A stretch of DNA of 64,000 nt from Mobula hypostoma (Eukaryota). Under the pieces are notes generated by a model, which was not told the DNA's origin, did not search any database, and worked only from the letters and a program-made list of their open reading frames with translations. The stretch spans positions 99,698,001 to 99,762,000 of the forward strand of contig NC_086108.1 of assembly GCF_963921235.1 (NCBI RefSeq), in the 5' to 3' direction. This document shows positions 24,170 through 37,769 of this stretch, one piece after another (the first letter of the stretch is position 1; the number at the start of each line of letters is the position of its first letter). A program made the translations under genes and the position numbers.

Positions 24170-24525
24170 TTCCCCACTCTGGCCTCCTGCCTCTTCTCAC
24201 CTTCTTTTCACCTCCCACGGGTCCCCTCCTCCTTCCCTTTCTCCAATGATCTATTCTCCTCTCCTATCAGATATCTTCCTCTCCAGCCCTTTACCTTTCC
24301 TTCCCACCTGGCTTCACCTATCACCTAGTTTGTTCTCCTTCCCCTCTCCCTGGCCCCACATTTTTACTCCAGTGTCTTCCCTTTTCCTTTCCAGCCCTGA
24401 AGAAGGTTCTCAACCTGAAACTTCAACTGTCTATTCATTTCCATAGATGCTACCTAACCTACTATGTTCCTCTAGCATTATATGTGTGTTGCTCTGGATT
24501 TCCAACATCTTAAGAATTTCTTGTG
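24170..24525 (+). mobile_element. PLE 3' UTR and terminal repeat, degenerate
   Basis: Pyrimidine-rich tract, then CTGAAGA-AGGTTCTCAACCT-GAAA (24397-24420) and the family terminus. Confidence 0.75.
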
Positions 24526-26679
24526 TTTAAGATTTTCAATGGCATTAGGGCTTCTGCCCCCGAACCCTTTTGGACAGTGAGTTCCAGACCTGCGCTGGAG
24601 AGTGAAAAAAATTCTATTATCTCTCTAATCTTTTTTACCGAACAACCGAAATCTATGCCCCTGGATACTGGTCTCTCTGTTAAGTGGACCTTTATGTTTG
24701 ACCTGTCAAAATAGCTCACTTTCATTCAACTCATTTTAATATCCTTCATTCCAAATAAAACTGACCCTAACCCATTCTTTCCTCACTTGCAAATTTATCC
24801 AACTTTCTCTTAAATGCAGCCATTTGCTGTATCTAAACTTCATATATTAATCATTATCTGGCTAAAGAGGAGTCTCCCTAATTCTAAACACAGGAGATTC
24901 TGCAGTTCTTGGAAATTCAGATTAACACACAAAATGCTGGAAGAACTCTGCAGCATCTATGGAAATTCAGCAGCATCTATGGAAAGAAATAAACAGTGGA
25001 CATTTCGGGGCTTAATTCCATGCTTTGTATTTCAGTGATTATATAACATTTATGACTACTTTGGACTTAAATGGGCAGGTCTTTTCTACACCTACCTCTC
25101 AATCCCTGTAATAATTGCACAGATTTTTGTTAGGTAAATTGCCCGTCTTCTCTTTCGTAGATGGAAATTCGGTCAGTGGATGATTGATAGTGCATCCTCA
25201 CAGCTTGCAGACTTAACTATTTTGGTCTCCACATTTTCCTCTTGCTTCTGCCCTGCCAAAGCAGCTGGCTTGCACTCCATGGTGCTCTGGCTGAAGGGTT
25301 TCCTGCCTTTGAATCACAGTGTTGCTGCAACAGACAGCAATGATTGATGATTGCGAAGGCATGTTTCAGTCTATGCAATGCTGCTCCATCTGCTGTATCC
25401 ATGTTGTGGGACGTCTGCCTGATTTATACCTTCCAGCAGAATTCTACCCTCTCTGTCTTTTGGGCTTAGCTGGTGGAAGGGACTCTAGAAGGTGGGGGGT
25501 CCTCAATCATTCATGGATTACTAAAAACAGGCCCTCCAGACCCAGTTTTGCGAGTACCCATCTATACTAATTTCATTTCCTAGCAGTTGGCTTGCAGAGT
25601 TCAATGCCTTGCCAATTCAAGTGCTCATAGAACATAGAACATGGAATGCTACAGCACAGTACAGGCCCTTCGGCCCATTTGATCAAGCAAGTTCAGGTTC
25701 AATTGTCATTCAACCATACATATGAATAAAGCCTAATGGAACAGCGTTTCCTCCGGGGTCAATGTACAACACACAGTACACACAGCACATATAGTAACGA
25801 TAGGACATATAGTCACCGAATAATATGAACACAAGTTCTTGAATGGCATGGCCTAAAGATTGATGGTGTGGTACGGTATAGGTGGAGCTACTGCACAGGA
25901 TTGAAATAAATTGCAGAGTTGTAACCTTAGTCTGCTCCATCATGGGCACTAGCCTCTGTACTATCCAGGAGCGGTGTCTCAGAAAGGTAGTGTCCATCAT
26001 TAGGGACCCCCATCACCCAGGGCATGTCCTATTCTCATTGCTGTCATCAGGAAGGAGGTACAGAAATCTGAAGACACACACTCAGTGATTCAGGGACAGC
26101 TTCTTCCCCTCTGATGGGATGTTGTCCTGGAGCCTGGTTTCTGCGAGAACAAGCACGCAGCAGTTCTCCGTGTCACTCTGGGTCTGTCACAGGTGAAAGC
26201 AATCCAGCTGAATCTTCCAGGGAATGAACACTGGAGAGCAGCACCGATGGGGGAGCCAGCCCCCCAAGCCAGCATGGATTCCAGAGTGCCTGCTGTGCAT
26301 CTGTCGTCTCCCACTCCACCTCCAGCACCCCTTCCCTGGGTGGCTGTACCACAAAGTCATGGCATGAGGGCCTGGTCTGTGCAACAACTGAGGTCATGCG
26401 GCTCCCCTGCTGGTGGTCTCACAGATGTAGCAACAAACCAGTCTTACAGTTTTTGTATTACTGATGTCCATCATGGTCTTTTAATCACAAGAGAAAACGT
26501 CTGACACATACATCGAACCCTTCCCTCCTACATACCCCTCCATTTTCAATATCCATCCATGTGCCTCTCCAAGAGCTTCTACATGCCCCTAATGTATCTG
26601 CCTCTACCTCCACTCCCAGCAGGATGTTCCACACACCTCTTACTCTCTGCGTAAAAAACAAAGACCTGAAAACCAAAAC

Positions 26680-27190
26680 ACGAGGAAATCTGCAGAGGAA
26701 ATCGTCTGTGTAGCCTCCAACCCGATGGCATGAACATTGACTTCTCTAACTTCCGTTAATGCCCCTCCTCCCCTTCTTACCCCGTCCCTTATTTATCTAT
26801 CTATCTACCTACCTACCTATTTATTTATTTATTATTCCTTTTTTTTCCCTCTCTCTCTCACTCTCACAATAACTCCTTGCCTGCTCTCCATCTTCCTCTG
26901 GTGCTCCCCTCCCCCTTTCTTTCGCCCTAGGCCTCCTGTCCCATGATCCTCTCTCTTCTCCAGCCTTGTATCCCTTTTGCCAATCAACTTTCCAGCTCTT
27001 AGCCCCATTCCTCCCCCTCCTGTCTTCTCCTATCATTTCAGATCTCCTCCTCCCCCTCCCACTTTCAAATCTCTTACTATCTCCTCTTTCGGTTGGTCCT
27101 GCGAAAGGTCTCGGCCCGAAGCGTCGACTGTGCTTCTTCCTATGGATGCTGTCTGGCCTGCTGCGTTCCACCAGCATTTTGTGTGTGTTG
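26680..27190 (+). mobile_element. PLE 3' fragment inserted in a CR1 tail
   Basis: SLQPDGMNIDFSNFR end of GIY-YIG ORF, UTR, terminal repeat; 15-bp TSD CCTGAAAACCAAAAC (26665-26679, 27191-27205). Confidence 0.88.
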
Positions 27191-27779
27191 CCTGAAAACC
27201 AAAACCTCTGATACTTTCCTCCTTAAAATTATACCCCCTTGTATTAGCCATTACTGCCTTGGAGCGGGGGACGGGGTGGTCTCTGGTTCACCGCTAAATC
27301 TATGCCTCTTCTCATCTGGATAATTATAGGTTATTAGAGTCTCTGTCTCCACTATGGACAATGTGTTCTTGACTCCAAACACCCACTTGGTGGAAAAACT
27401 TACTCAGATCCCCCACCAAATCTCTTATTCCTTTGGGTCTCTAGTTCTGGACATGACTGCTACAGAGAGATGTTTCTTGGGGCTTACCCTCTGTGTTTCT
27501 CATAATCTTGTATACTTCCATCCCTGCCCCCACCACCCCACACCACTGCTACCTCCTCCAACTTCTCCTTCTGCTTCCTGTCTCTTCTGAAAACAAATGC
27601 AAGCAACATTCTGGTAGCTCTCCTCTGCACTCTCTCCATTACAAACACTTCATTCTTTTAGTGTGGCAACTGGCACTGTACACAATATTCCAGCTACCTA
27701 TAGTTCAAGTTTTCACACTATTGGCAGGAAGGTTATAGTATAATTTTGTGAAACTGTGTCTGAATCAAAGTTTCATAAA

Positions 27780-28325
27780 GTTGTATTATAACCTACCTGC
27801 TCTCTTTGCTGTGGATAAGGAAGTGTATTCTTGAGCACTTGACTTATCCATATTCCCACTTTCAGGAATCCTTGGGCATGTGCATTGAGGTCCTTTTATT
27901 CCTCACTACGCATTCATTGTGTATGCCCCACTCTTACTCATCCTCCCACATTGCTTTACTTCTTATCAGGATTAAATTCCACCTCCCACTGGTTTGCCCA
28001 TTTTATTGGCTGATCACATTCATCCTGCAGCCAATAGCAATCCTCTTCACTATTATCAACCATTTCAATTGTCAGGTCATCAGCAAACTGGCCAATCATA
28101 CTTCCTACAGCCAGAGGAAAATATGTGCAGGGCCCCAGCACTGACTCCCATGGTACACCACTAGCCGCTGCCTTCCAAGAACAAAAATAATGCCCCACCA
28201 CATTCCTTTGCCTCCTATTATTGAGCCAAGTTTGGATGCAGTTTGCCAACTTGTCCTGCATCCCATAGAATTATAATCTTTTGGACCAGTTTCCCGCGAG
28301 AACTTCTGTCAAAGGCCATTCTGAA
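27780..28325 (-). mobile_element. Old CR1 RT fragment
   Basis: ORF 27956-28261: WL.NRRQ..V...SGVP..SVLGP...FADD...WA.QW.VEFNPDK. Confidence 0.8.
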
Positions 28326-30979
28326 ATCCATGCCGGCTTTTTCACTGAAGTTGGGTGAGACAAAAACTAAAAGTGATAGGTTAAGGGTGAAAGGTGAAAT
28401 ATTTAAGCTGAGCTTCTTCACTCAGAGGGTGGTGAGCGAGTGAAACGAGCTACCAGCGGAAGTGACCAAGCTGGGTATGATTTCAACATTTAAGAGAAGA
28501 TTGGATAAGTAAGCGTGGATAGTAAGCACGTGGAAGAGTATGTCCCAGGTGTGGGTTAATGGAACTAGGCATAATAACAGTTTGGCATGGACTAGATGGA
28601 CTGAAGGGCCTGTTTCTGTGATGTATTGCTCTTTGACTCTATGGAGTCTACATTAAATGCATTTACCTCATCAAACATTTCGTGAGATTTTGAAAAAAAT
28701 CAATCCCCCTACTAGAGGCCTATAGACTGGCTTTGATTACAGATGGCCTTTGAATAATGGTATCTTATTTGGCCTCCTCCAGATATCTGTTACTTTATCT
28801 GTGTCTAGGAAAGATTTAAACATTTCTACCAACAACTCAGCAATCTCCTCTTTTCCCTTCCTCAGCAGCCTGGGATGCCTCTCATCAGGCCCTGGGGATT
28901 AACCGTATCCACCTTGCATACTAAAACATACAATTCCTCCTCCTTTTTAATAATAGCATGATTTAAAATCTCTGTACCCCCTTTTTGAATGCTCCAATTA
29001 GTGAATACTGTGGGGAATTTTTTATTTAAGAGCTCACGTACATCGTCCAGCTCCAGGCGTGGTTTGTCTCTTTAGTACCTAAAGGGTATTCGTTCCCTTG
29101 TTAACCTCTTGCCGTGAATATGCTGGTGCCTTGGGTTTTTCCTTAGTCTTGCCCATTAGTGATATCTTGTGTCTCCTGTTCGTTCTCCAAACCGCCCTCC
29201 AATTACTCCTGAAAGGACACCCCTGTTTTCAGTTCTCTGAATGTAACAGATATGTTCTAATACCTTTCTTAATCCAGCCCTCTCAACCCCTTGACATACA
29301 GAATTTCCTGGACTTGCTCTCCATACATTTCATCCTGTGGAAACAAGCTGGCTGTAAGATAATGTTGCAACTCTATAAAGGCCTAGGTAGTCTGCACTTA
29401 GAATATTGTGTTCGGTTCTAATCACCTCATTGTAAGAAGAATGTGGAGCATTAAAATACATTTATCATTAAAGTATGTATACATTATACCACCTTGAGAT
29501 TTATCTCTTTACAGGCAGCCACAAAACAAAGAAACCCAGTAATAAAAAAGACTGTCAAACACCCAATGTACAGAGAGAAAAAAAACAAGTCGCACAAACA
29601 ACAAAAGCAAGCAAATAGCATTCAAATAGCGTACGAAAGAGATTCCATCCACAGACGCAAAGTCACAGCCTCAATTTAGTCAGCTCCATCTTGGATACTA
29701 GCTTACAAGGCACTCAGGACATCTTTAGGGAGCGGTGACTCAGAAAGGCAGCGTCCATTTTTAAGGACCTCCAGCACCCAGGGCATGCCCTTTTCTCACC
29801 GTTACCATCAGTAGGAGGTACAGAAGCCTGAAGGCACACAATCAGCGATTCAGGAACAGTTTCTTCCCCTCCGCCATCTGATTCCTAAATGGACATTGAA
29901 CCCTTGGACATTACCTCACGTCTTTAATATATAGTATTTCTGTATTTTCGCACAATTTTTAGTCTATTCAATATATGTATACTGTAATTGATTTAGTTAT
30001 TTACTTATTATCTTTTCCTTCGCGATTATGTATTGCATTGAACTGCAGCTGCTAAGTTAACAAATTTCACGTTACGTGCCGGTGATAATAAACTTGATTC
30101 TGATTCTGATTTTGAATTCAGCACAGAGCCAAGTAAGCATCGTGGAACAGTGAGCTGAACTTGCTCTGACACCCTGACCTTTTCAATATGGCCCAGTGCT
30201 TTAATCATCTAAACATTGGACTCTTTTGCTTCATTGCGCTCTTGGGGCTGGACCTTGCTGCCATGATTTGGCTGGTACCTGACCTTTTCTATATGGCCTG
30301 CGCTTAAATATTACCCAAGGGTGTGGAGGAGATTTACTGAGATGCTGCCTGGACTAGAGAGCATGTCCTATGAGAACAGATTTAGTGAGCCAGGGCTTTT
30401 CACCTTGGAGTGAAAGAGATTGAGTATTGAATTGATAGAGATGGTAAGAGGCATAGGTTGAGTGTAGAGTCAGAATCTTTTTTTTCCAGGTCAGAACTGT
30501 CTAATACAAAGGGACATAATCTTAAGGTGCTTGAAGGAAAATATAAGGGGCATGTCAAAGGTAGGTATTTTTGTACACAGAGTTTTGGGTGCATGGAACA
30601 TGCTGCCAGAGATGGTGTAAGAGGCAGACACATTAAGGACATTTAGGAAAGTCTTAGAAAAGCACACGGATGAACTTAAAATGCAGGACCATGTAGGAGG
30701 GAAGCACTAGATTGATCTAAGAGTAGGTTTACTGGTTGGCACATTGTGGATGTAATGTTCTGTGTCTATTAATTCCCATTTCACTTTTTTCAATATCTTG
30801 ACTTTTTGGTTGTCAGCCCTCTTTCAAGTAACTGCTCCCAGTCTACTTTGTCAGGTCCTGGCTTTTGTTAGTGAAATTGGGCTTCCGATAATTTGTGACC
30901 TTAGCTTCCAGACCATCTTGCTCTTGATCCACAATCACCTCGAAAATTAGAGTTATGGTGACTCATCTTCAAGATTTAG

Positions 30980-31450
30980 GTTAGATTAGATTATGAGGAC
31001 ACACAGTCCTCTTTTATTGTCATTTAGTAATGCATGCATTAAGAAATGATACAATGTTTTTCCAGAATGATATCATGAAAACACATGACAAACTGACTTA
31101 AAAACTAACAAAAACCACATAATTATAACATATAGTTACAACAGTGCAAACAATACCGTAATTTGATAAGAATAGACCCTGGCATGGTAAAAGTCTCAGA
31201 GTCTCTCGAAAGTCCCATCATCTCACGCAGACGGTGAACCTCCAGCGCCGCAAACTTGCTGATGCAGCATACTGGAAGCATCCGACCACAGCCCGACTCT
31301 GAGTCTGTCCGAAAACTCCGGGCCTTTGATCAGCTCTCCGACCCCAGCACCGAGCACCATATCTGCCGAGCGCTTCGACCCCAGCCCCGGCAACAAGCAA
31401 TAGGCAAAGCTGAGGATTTGGGGCCTTTGTCTCTGGAGATTCCCCACTGA
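30980..31450 (-). mobile_element. Non-autonomous retroelement family A, 5'-truncated
   Basis: Reverse complement of 1520-2010 and 37970-38455, including the (CTAAT)n tail. Confidence 0.85.
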
Positions 31451-32829
31451 CCTCTCAACAAATTTCACAACTACCATCCCTAAGACTCGGTTTAGTTCTG
31501 CCCTGTCTCTAGTAGGAATTTCTTCATTTCTGCCTCAAACGATTCTCCTGGACACTCTTTGGAAATTCCACCTCCTCTGAGACTTTCACATGAATAGCGA
31601 TAACAGGAAATGTTGGTGGAGTTGAAATCCCCTACAGTTCTTCTTCTGCTCTCTCCACGCTGTAAGTGTGCTCCTCTGTGACCTGGGAACTGCCCTAGGT
31701 AATGTTGTAGGTGAGTCCAAAAGTGAGTGTAGCTGCTGCTGGATTGCTGGATATTTGGCAGTATGGTTTTGGTTCCATGATCCAACATTATTACTTCCTT
31801 TCACAGATGTTACTGAAGCCACTATCTTCAGCGTGTTTTGTTTTGGCTTTTATGTTGTAGATTTCTGGCATTTGTAGTACTTTGCTTTACTAAAAGATGA
31901 TTCATAACATATTCGCCCCACCTCTGTGTATCCTCCACCCCTCCGCTCCTCACTTTGGGAATATCAGTTCTGAGCAAGTTATCTCCCTTGGGTTTTCAAT
32001 GCACTTAATTTTTTTCCATTTTAAAGTGTAGTCAATACAGAAAAAAAATCATTTCCAGTTTGGAAACACTATTTATTCCATTAAGGTTCTGCAGATGTTG
32101 GAAATCTAGACCAACTCTCATAAAATGCTGGAGGAACTCAGCAGGTCGGGCAGCATCTATGGAGAGAAATAAGCAGTCAATGTTCCAGGCCGAGATCCTT
32201 CAACAGCACTCAAATATAACTACTTTTAGATTCAGATTCAGATTCATTAATTTATCACATATACATCAAAACATGCAGTGAAATGTGTTGATTTCATGAA
32301 CAATCAACACAGCCTAAGGATGTGCTGGAGGACTTAAATCCAGTTTAGTCTACATCAATCAGTAGTGGGCGTGCTATGTTAGCACCAGAAGCATGGCAAC
32401 ACTTGCGGCCTTCCAGACGATTTGATTTCACACAAATAATGCATTTCACTCTATGTTTTAATGCACTTGTGACAAATAAAACTAACCTTTATCTTTTATT
32501 CAAATTATTGTCAGGCACTCGTACAAAGTCCGGGCAGGGAAGCACATCGTCTCCAATGTAGCCACCTCAACATGACCAGGGAATGCCACCAATATAATGG
32601 AAACAGATCATCTCCAGTGTAAGCAAAACAAAACTTCTCCAGTGCAGCCAAGAAAGATCATCTCTAACACAATCACTTCCAACATTGTGGCAGGGTAGTA
32701 CAACAAGGTAGTGGGAACCCAGTCTTAGTTATAAACCTGACATTTATTAGGTCCTCTCTTTGAGGGATTTATACAATGTGTTGCCTCTCTCACCACGTGG
32801 GGTCCAAAAAGTGATCCGATTACACCGGA

Positions 32830-34002
32830 CACAAACAAAAGAGAATCATTTCATTCCAGAGTTCCTCCTTCTCCACCGCATCTGCTCTCAGGATGAGGCT
32901 TTTCAGTCCAGAGCGAAGCGAAAGGCTCTTCCCTTCCTCCACCATCAACGCTGCCCTCAATTATATCTCTTCTATTTCACGCGTGTCTGCCTTCACCCCA
33001 TCCTCCTGTCACCCCACCAGGAATATGGTCCTCTTGTCCTCACCTACTACCCCACCAGCCTCTGTGTCCACCACATAATTCTCCGTAACTTCCATCATCT
33101 CCAAAGGGATCCCACCACCAAGCACATCTTTCCCTCCCCCGAACTTTCTACTTTCCATAGGGATCGCTCCCCATGCAATTCCCTTGTCCATTTGGCCCTG
33201 CCCACTGATCTCCCTCCTGGCACTTATCCTTGCAAGCGGAACAAATGCTACACCTCCTTTCCTCACTACCATTCGGAGCCCCCAAACTGTCTTTCTAGGT
33301 GAGGCGACATTTCACCTGTGAATCTTTTGAGGTCATCTACAGTATCTGGTGTTCCTAGTGTGGCCTCATGTATATCGGTGAGACCCAATGTAGATTGGGA
33401 GACCAGTTCACTGAGCACCTGTGCTCCATCCGCCAAAAAAAGCAGGATCTCTCAGTGGCCTCCTATTTTAATTCCAGTTCCCATTCCCATTCTGACATGT
33501 CAGTCCATGGCCTCCAGTATTGTCACAATGAGACCACACTCGGGTTGGAGGAGCAAGGCCTTACATTCCGTCTAGGTAGCCTCCAACCCAATGGCATGAA
33601 CATCAGTTTTTTGTAATTCTGGTAATGCCTTCATCCTTCACCATTCCCCATTCTCATTTCCCTCTCTCACCTTACCTCCTTACCTGCCCACCACCTCCCT
33701 CTAGTGCTCCTCCCCCTTTTCTTCTATGATCTTCTGTCCTCTCCTATCAGATTCCCCCTTCCACAGCCCTATATCTCATTTACCAATCAAATTCCCACCT
33801 CTTTACTCCACCCTTCCCCCTCCCGGTTTGACCTATCACCTTGCGTTTCTTCCTCCCCTCCCCCACTACCTTCTTACTTGGACTTCGCATCTTTACTTTT
33901 CTCTTCAGTCCCGATGAAAGATCTGGACCTGAAATGTCGACTGTACTCTTTTCCATAGATGCTGCCTGGCCTGCTGAGTTCCTTCAGCATTTTGTGTGTG
34001 TT
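32830..34002 (+). mobile_element. PLE fragment with linker and GIY-YIG endonuclease remnant
   Basis: PLVLTY.P, TYPC.R.KC.T, VIY.I.C..CGL.YIGET..RLGD.F.EHL, RLGSLQPNGMN; 12-bp TSD GATTACACCGGA (32818-32829, 34003-34014). Confidence 0.92.
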
Positions 34003-34007
34003 GATTA

Positions 34008-34768
34008 CACCGGAAAGCAAATTTCTTTGAAAAGTGTTCCTTCTTCAGAATTTTTTTTGTTTATGATAGACCACTTGGAGCTGAGTGTACTTGAATTTTC
34101 GGAATTTGGAGAAACAAGATATCATTTTTTACTGAATATAATGTGCTAATGCTTAGCAATAGTTCATCTAAGCCAAAAATGTTTTGTTGATGATTTTAAT
34201 TAGTACTCAGTGTCTGAGGCTCCTCGCTCAAGTGTCCAACAATGATGAGCCAGCATTGATGGATTCCAGTTGCCCTGATACCGTTTTTCCATGACCACAA
34301 TGTCCCGGTGAAACCTTTCTCCATGCTTGTCACTGACAGCACCAAAATTGGCAGGGAAGAAGTCAAAATGGGAATGCAGAGAATGAATCTTTTGTTGCAC
34401 TTCATGGTTTTGTATGCATGAAGCATGTTGTCAACCAGCTGCACGTAGCTTGGTGCTCTGCAGTTGACAAGAAAATTTTCAGTAATACCCTTGAATGCCT
34501 TCCATGCGATTTTCTTCGGTCCCACTAGGAATTCTTTGAATTGCCTGACATTGATGACCTGTTTGGTTTGTGGACCAACAAAAATGCCTTCCTTAAGCTT
34601 GGCATCTATTATTCTGACTTGAATTATGAATTGAAATAACAAATATTGACAATCTAAAAACAATGGTTCGTGATAGAAAAATTTCATGGTGATTTTCTTA
34701 ATCAGCAGCCCAAAGTCCATAAGCTGCACCCAAAAGTATTCAGGAAGCAAAATCTTTGTTGTCCAGTG
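34008..34768 (-). mobile_element. Chapaev3-like (CMC) DNA transposon, internally deleted
   Basis: Transposase C-terminus KLKEGIFVGPQ, KIH.LHSH.DFFPAN.GAVSD.HGERFH.DI..MEKRYQG.W...MLA..CW; ends CACCGGAAAGCAAA and (minus) CACTGGACAACAAA; TTA on both sides. Confidence 0.8.
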
Positions 34769-35920
34769 TTAATAGCCATATCCCAAAGGTACCCTGGTAA
34801 GCTAATTGTTACCAATTATTAAGTAGCAAACAAATCAAAGTGGAGATAATGGCCATGTGAAAGGTATTAAATTGCAGGGCTCTATGGGAATAGGGAAAGG
34901 AAAGGGACTGATGAGGTTGCTTTGTTGGGAGCTGGCATGAGACCAATGAACCAAATGGCATCACTCTGTGGCACAGTAAGTAGTGTAACCAGTCAATCAC
35001 CTCCAACATAACCAGGGCCAAAAGCTACAAATATAACCTGAATATGTGTTTGGATGTGAACTCTGTCCTGCAAAAGGTGATGCCCATCATTAAGGAACCC
35101 ATCACCTGGGTCATGCCTTGTTCTCATCAGGAAGCAGCTACAGAAGCTTCATCAATTCAGGAACAGCTTCTGCCCCTCTGCCGTTTTATTTCTGAATGGA
35201 CATTGAACCCATGAACACTAACTCGCTACTTGTTTATTTCTATATTTTCTTACTTATTTAATTTAACTATTTAATATATATATATATACTTGCAGTTTTT
35301 TCTATTATTATGTATTGCATCGTACTGCTGCCGCAAGAACAACAAATTTCATGACATATGCTGGAGGTATTAAACCTTATTCTGATTCTGAACAAATGCA
35401 AGGTTGCAAAGGTTTAATCTCTTAGTATCTTCCTGTACTGTAACATAGAAACATGGTCCATCTAATCCATGCCAGTAATCTCGTTGACCCCACTTCTCCC
35501 ATTTATTTCCCTGTAGTATTTTCTCTCATGCTCCCATTCCCCATTAATTCACCCCTATTCTCCCAACACCTACCTAAGCTAATGGCAATCCAGCACAGCC
35601 CATTATCCTATTGGCATGTTTGGGATATGGGAGGAGTTTGTAGCGTTTATGTGAAGCCCGCTTGGTCACTGGGAGGACATAAATTGTGTAGACAGCAGTC
35701 AAGGTCAGACTCGAGCCTTGGTCACAGGATCTGCTCAGCTGCAGCTGTAAATGTTAATGTTCTCTAATAAATGATAGGAGCATATAAGTTATTAATTTAC
35801 CGGTATTCAATATAAAAGAATTAATTTGGAACTGAGGGAGATATCTCCAGTGAATGTGGTTCCATATATAAATATCAAATTCACTAAGTGTATCAAGATT
35901 CTGTTAAGACAGGTTAGTTT

Positions 35921-36241
35921 TTAAAAAAAGGCATCCGTTAGTCTTGCGAGACCATGGATCTGCGCCTGGAAAGTCTTCACTCTCCAGGGCGCAGGCCTGG
36001 GCAAGGTTGTATGGAAGACCAGCAGTTGCCCATGCTGCAAGTCTCCCCTCTCCACGACACCAATGTTGTCCAAGGGAAGGGCATTAGGACCCATACAGCT
36101 TGGCACCAGTGTTATCGCAGAGCAATGTGTGATTAAGTGCCTTGCTCAAGGACACAACACGTTGCCTCGGCTGGGGCTCGGACTCACGACCTTCAGGTCG
36201 CTAGTCCAAAGCCTTAACCACTTGGCCACATGCCCACACAT
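35921..36241 (-). mobile_element. Young tRNA-derived CORE-like SINE, second copy
   Basis: Reverse complement of 19856-20170; TSD GTTAGTTT (35913-35920, 36242-36249). Confidence 0.92.
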
Positions 36242-36299
36242 GTTAGTTTACGCAACACTAAATACAGTTGCTATGAGTCACAGAGTCATAAGTCATAAA

Positions 36300-36413
36300 T
36301 ATTACTAATTAACTATTTATGGTTTTATTACTATTTATTATTTATGGTGCAACTGTAACGAAAACCAATTTCCCCCGGGATCAATAAAGTATGACTATGA
36401 CTATGACTATGAC
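36300..36413 (+). mobile_element. Very short LINE 3' end with (ATGACT)n tail
   Basis: CCAATTTCCCCCGGGATCAATAAAGT(ATGACT)n, identical end at 53161-53215; related end with (ATCT)n at 51065-51115. Confidence 0.7.
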
Positions 36414-37225
36414 TAGAGCACAGAAACATCCCAGTTTGTCTATTTATTTATATATATTCAGAGATATAGCACGGAATAGGCCTTCCAGCTCTTCGAGCTG
36501 CTCCGCCAACAACCCACTGATATAACCTTAGTCTAATCAGGAGACAATTTATAATGAGTAATTAACCTACTAACCGGTACATCTTTAGACTGTGGGAGGA
36601 AACCAGAGCACTTGGAAGAAACCCACATATTCCATGGGGAGGATGTATGAGATCCTTAGTGAGGATGCTGGGATTTAACTTCAAACTCTGATGCCCCAAG
36701 TAGCACTAAACACTACATTACCATGGCGTTCAAAGCCTTTGCTGGCTGTAAAGTAACAATCTACATTAATCCCATTTTCCAGCACTCAGCCTGTAACCTT
36801 TCATTCACAGCACTTCAAGTGTTCCTATCAATATTTCTTCATTTCAAAGTCACCATAAGACGTAGGAGCAGAAATAGGTCAGTCAGCCTATCGAGTCTGC
36901 TCTGCTATTCAATCATAGCTATTATCCATTCTCCTGCCTTCACTTGGTTACTTTTACATTTTTACTAATCAAGAACTTAGCAACCTATGCTTTAAATACA
37001 CTCAATGACTTGGCCTCCATAGCCATCTATACCAATAAACTCCACAGATTCACCACCCTTTGGCTAAAGAAATTCCTCTTCATCTTCATCTAACGGGAAA
37101 TCCCTGTACTCTTAGGCTGAGCTCTCCAGTCGTCAGGCAGTATGTTCCAGATTCCAGTCAACGTCTAGGTGATAAAAACCCTCTTCCTCAAATGCCTTCT
37201 AAATCACCTGTCTCTTACTCTACAT

Positions 37226-37305
37226 CAGGGGTTCTCAACCTTTTTTATGCCATCGACCAATACCGTTAAGCAGGGGGTACGTGGACCTCAAGTTTGGAAT
37301 CGCTG
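37226..37305. mobile_element. 80-bp hAT-type MITE
   Basis: CAGGGGTTCTCAACCT terminus; homologous in reverse orientation to 41021-41100 and 43351-43430. Confidence 0.7.
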
Positions 37306-37769
37306 CTCGATATCTATGCTGTCTGGTTATAAACATCTCTGTTAAAGCATCAAGATCAGCATTAAACCATGAGCCAAATGGCCTGTTCACTGCTGTGTTG
37401 TTTTATGTTACGGGGAAAGTTTCTATGTTGTCTATGCTGCTCATAGGTTTGCATACCTTCAGCTTCCTCTGCTTCCAGGGGAAACAGCCTATCCACTCTC
37501 GTATCATAACTGAATGAACTGCTGAACCTCCTCTGCAACCTCTCCTCCTCGTATTGTGGTGACCAAAACCGTACACAGATATCCAACTTTAGCCAGCCAA
37601 AAGTTTATAAAGCAGGGAAGTTATGGTACTAACGTCCCTGCTCTTATATGTTGTACTTGGCAAACGAAGCTAAGTCCATCTGCCTGCTGCTTTCAGAGAT
37701 TCTGAGACTTGCACACCAGGTCCTAAAATGAGTGTCCCTATCTATTATGTACTTAAGCTAAAAAAATTC

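Noticed and set aside
32545..32690. Weak tandem repeat (TCTCCA.TG.A)
   Set aside because: Too degenerate and irregular to define a unit.
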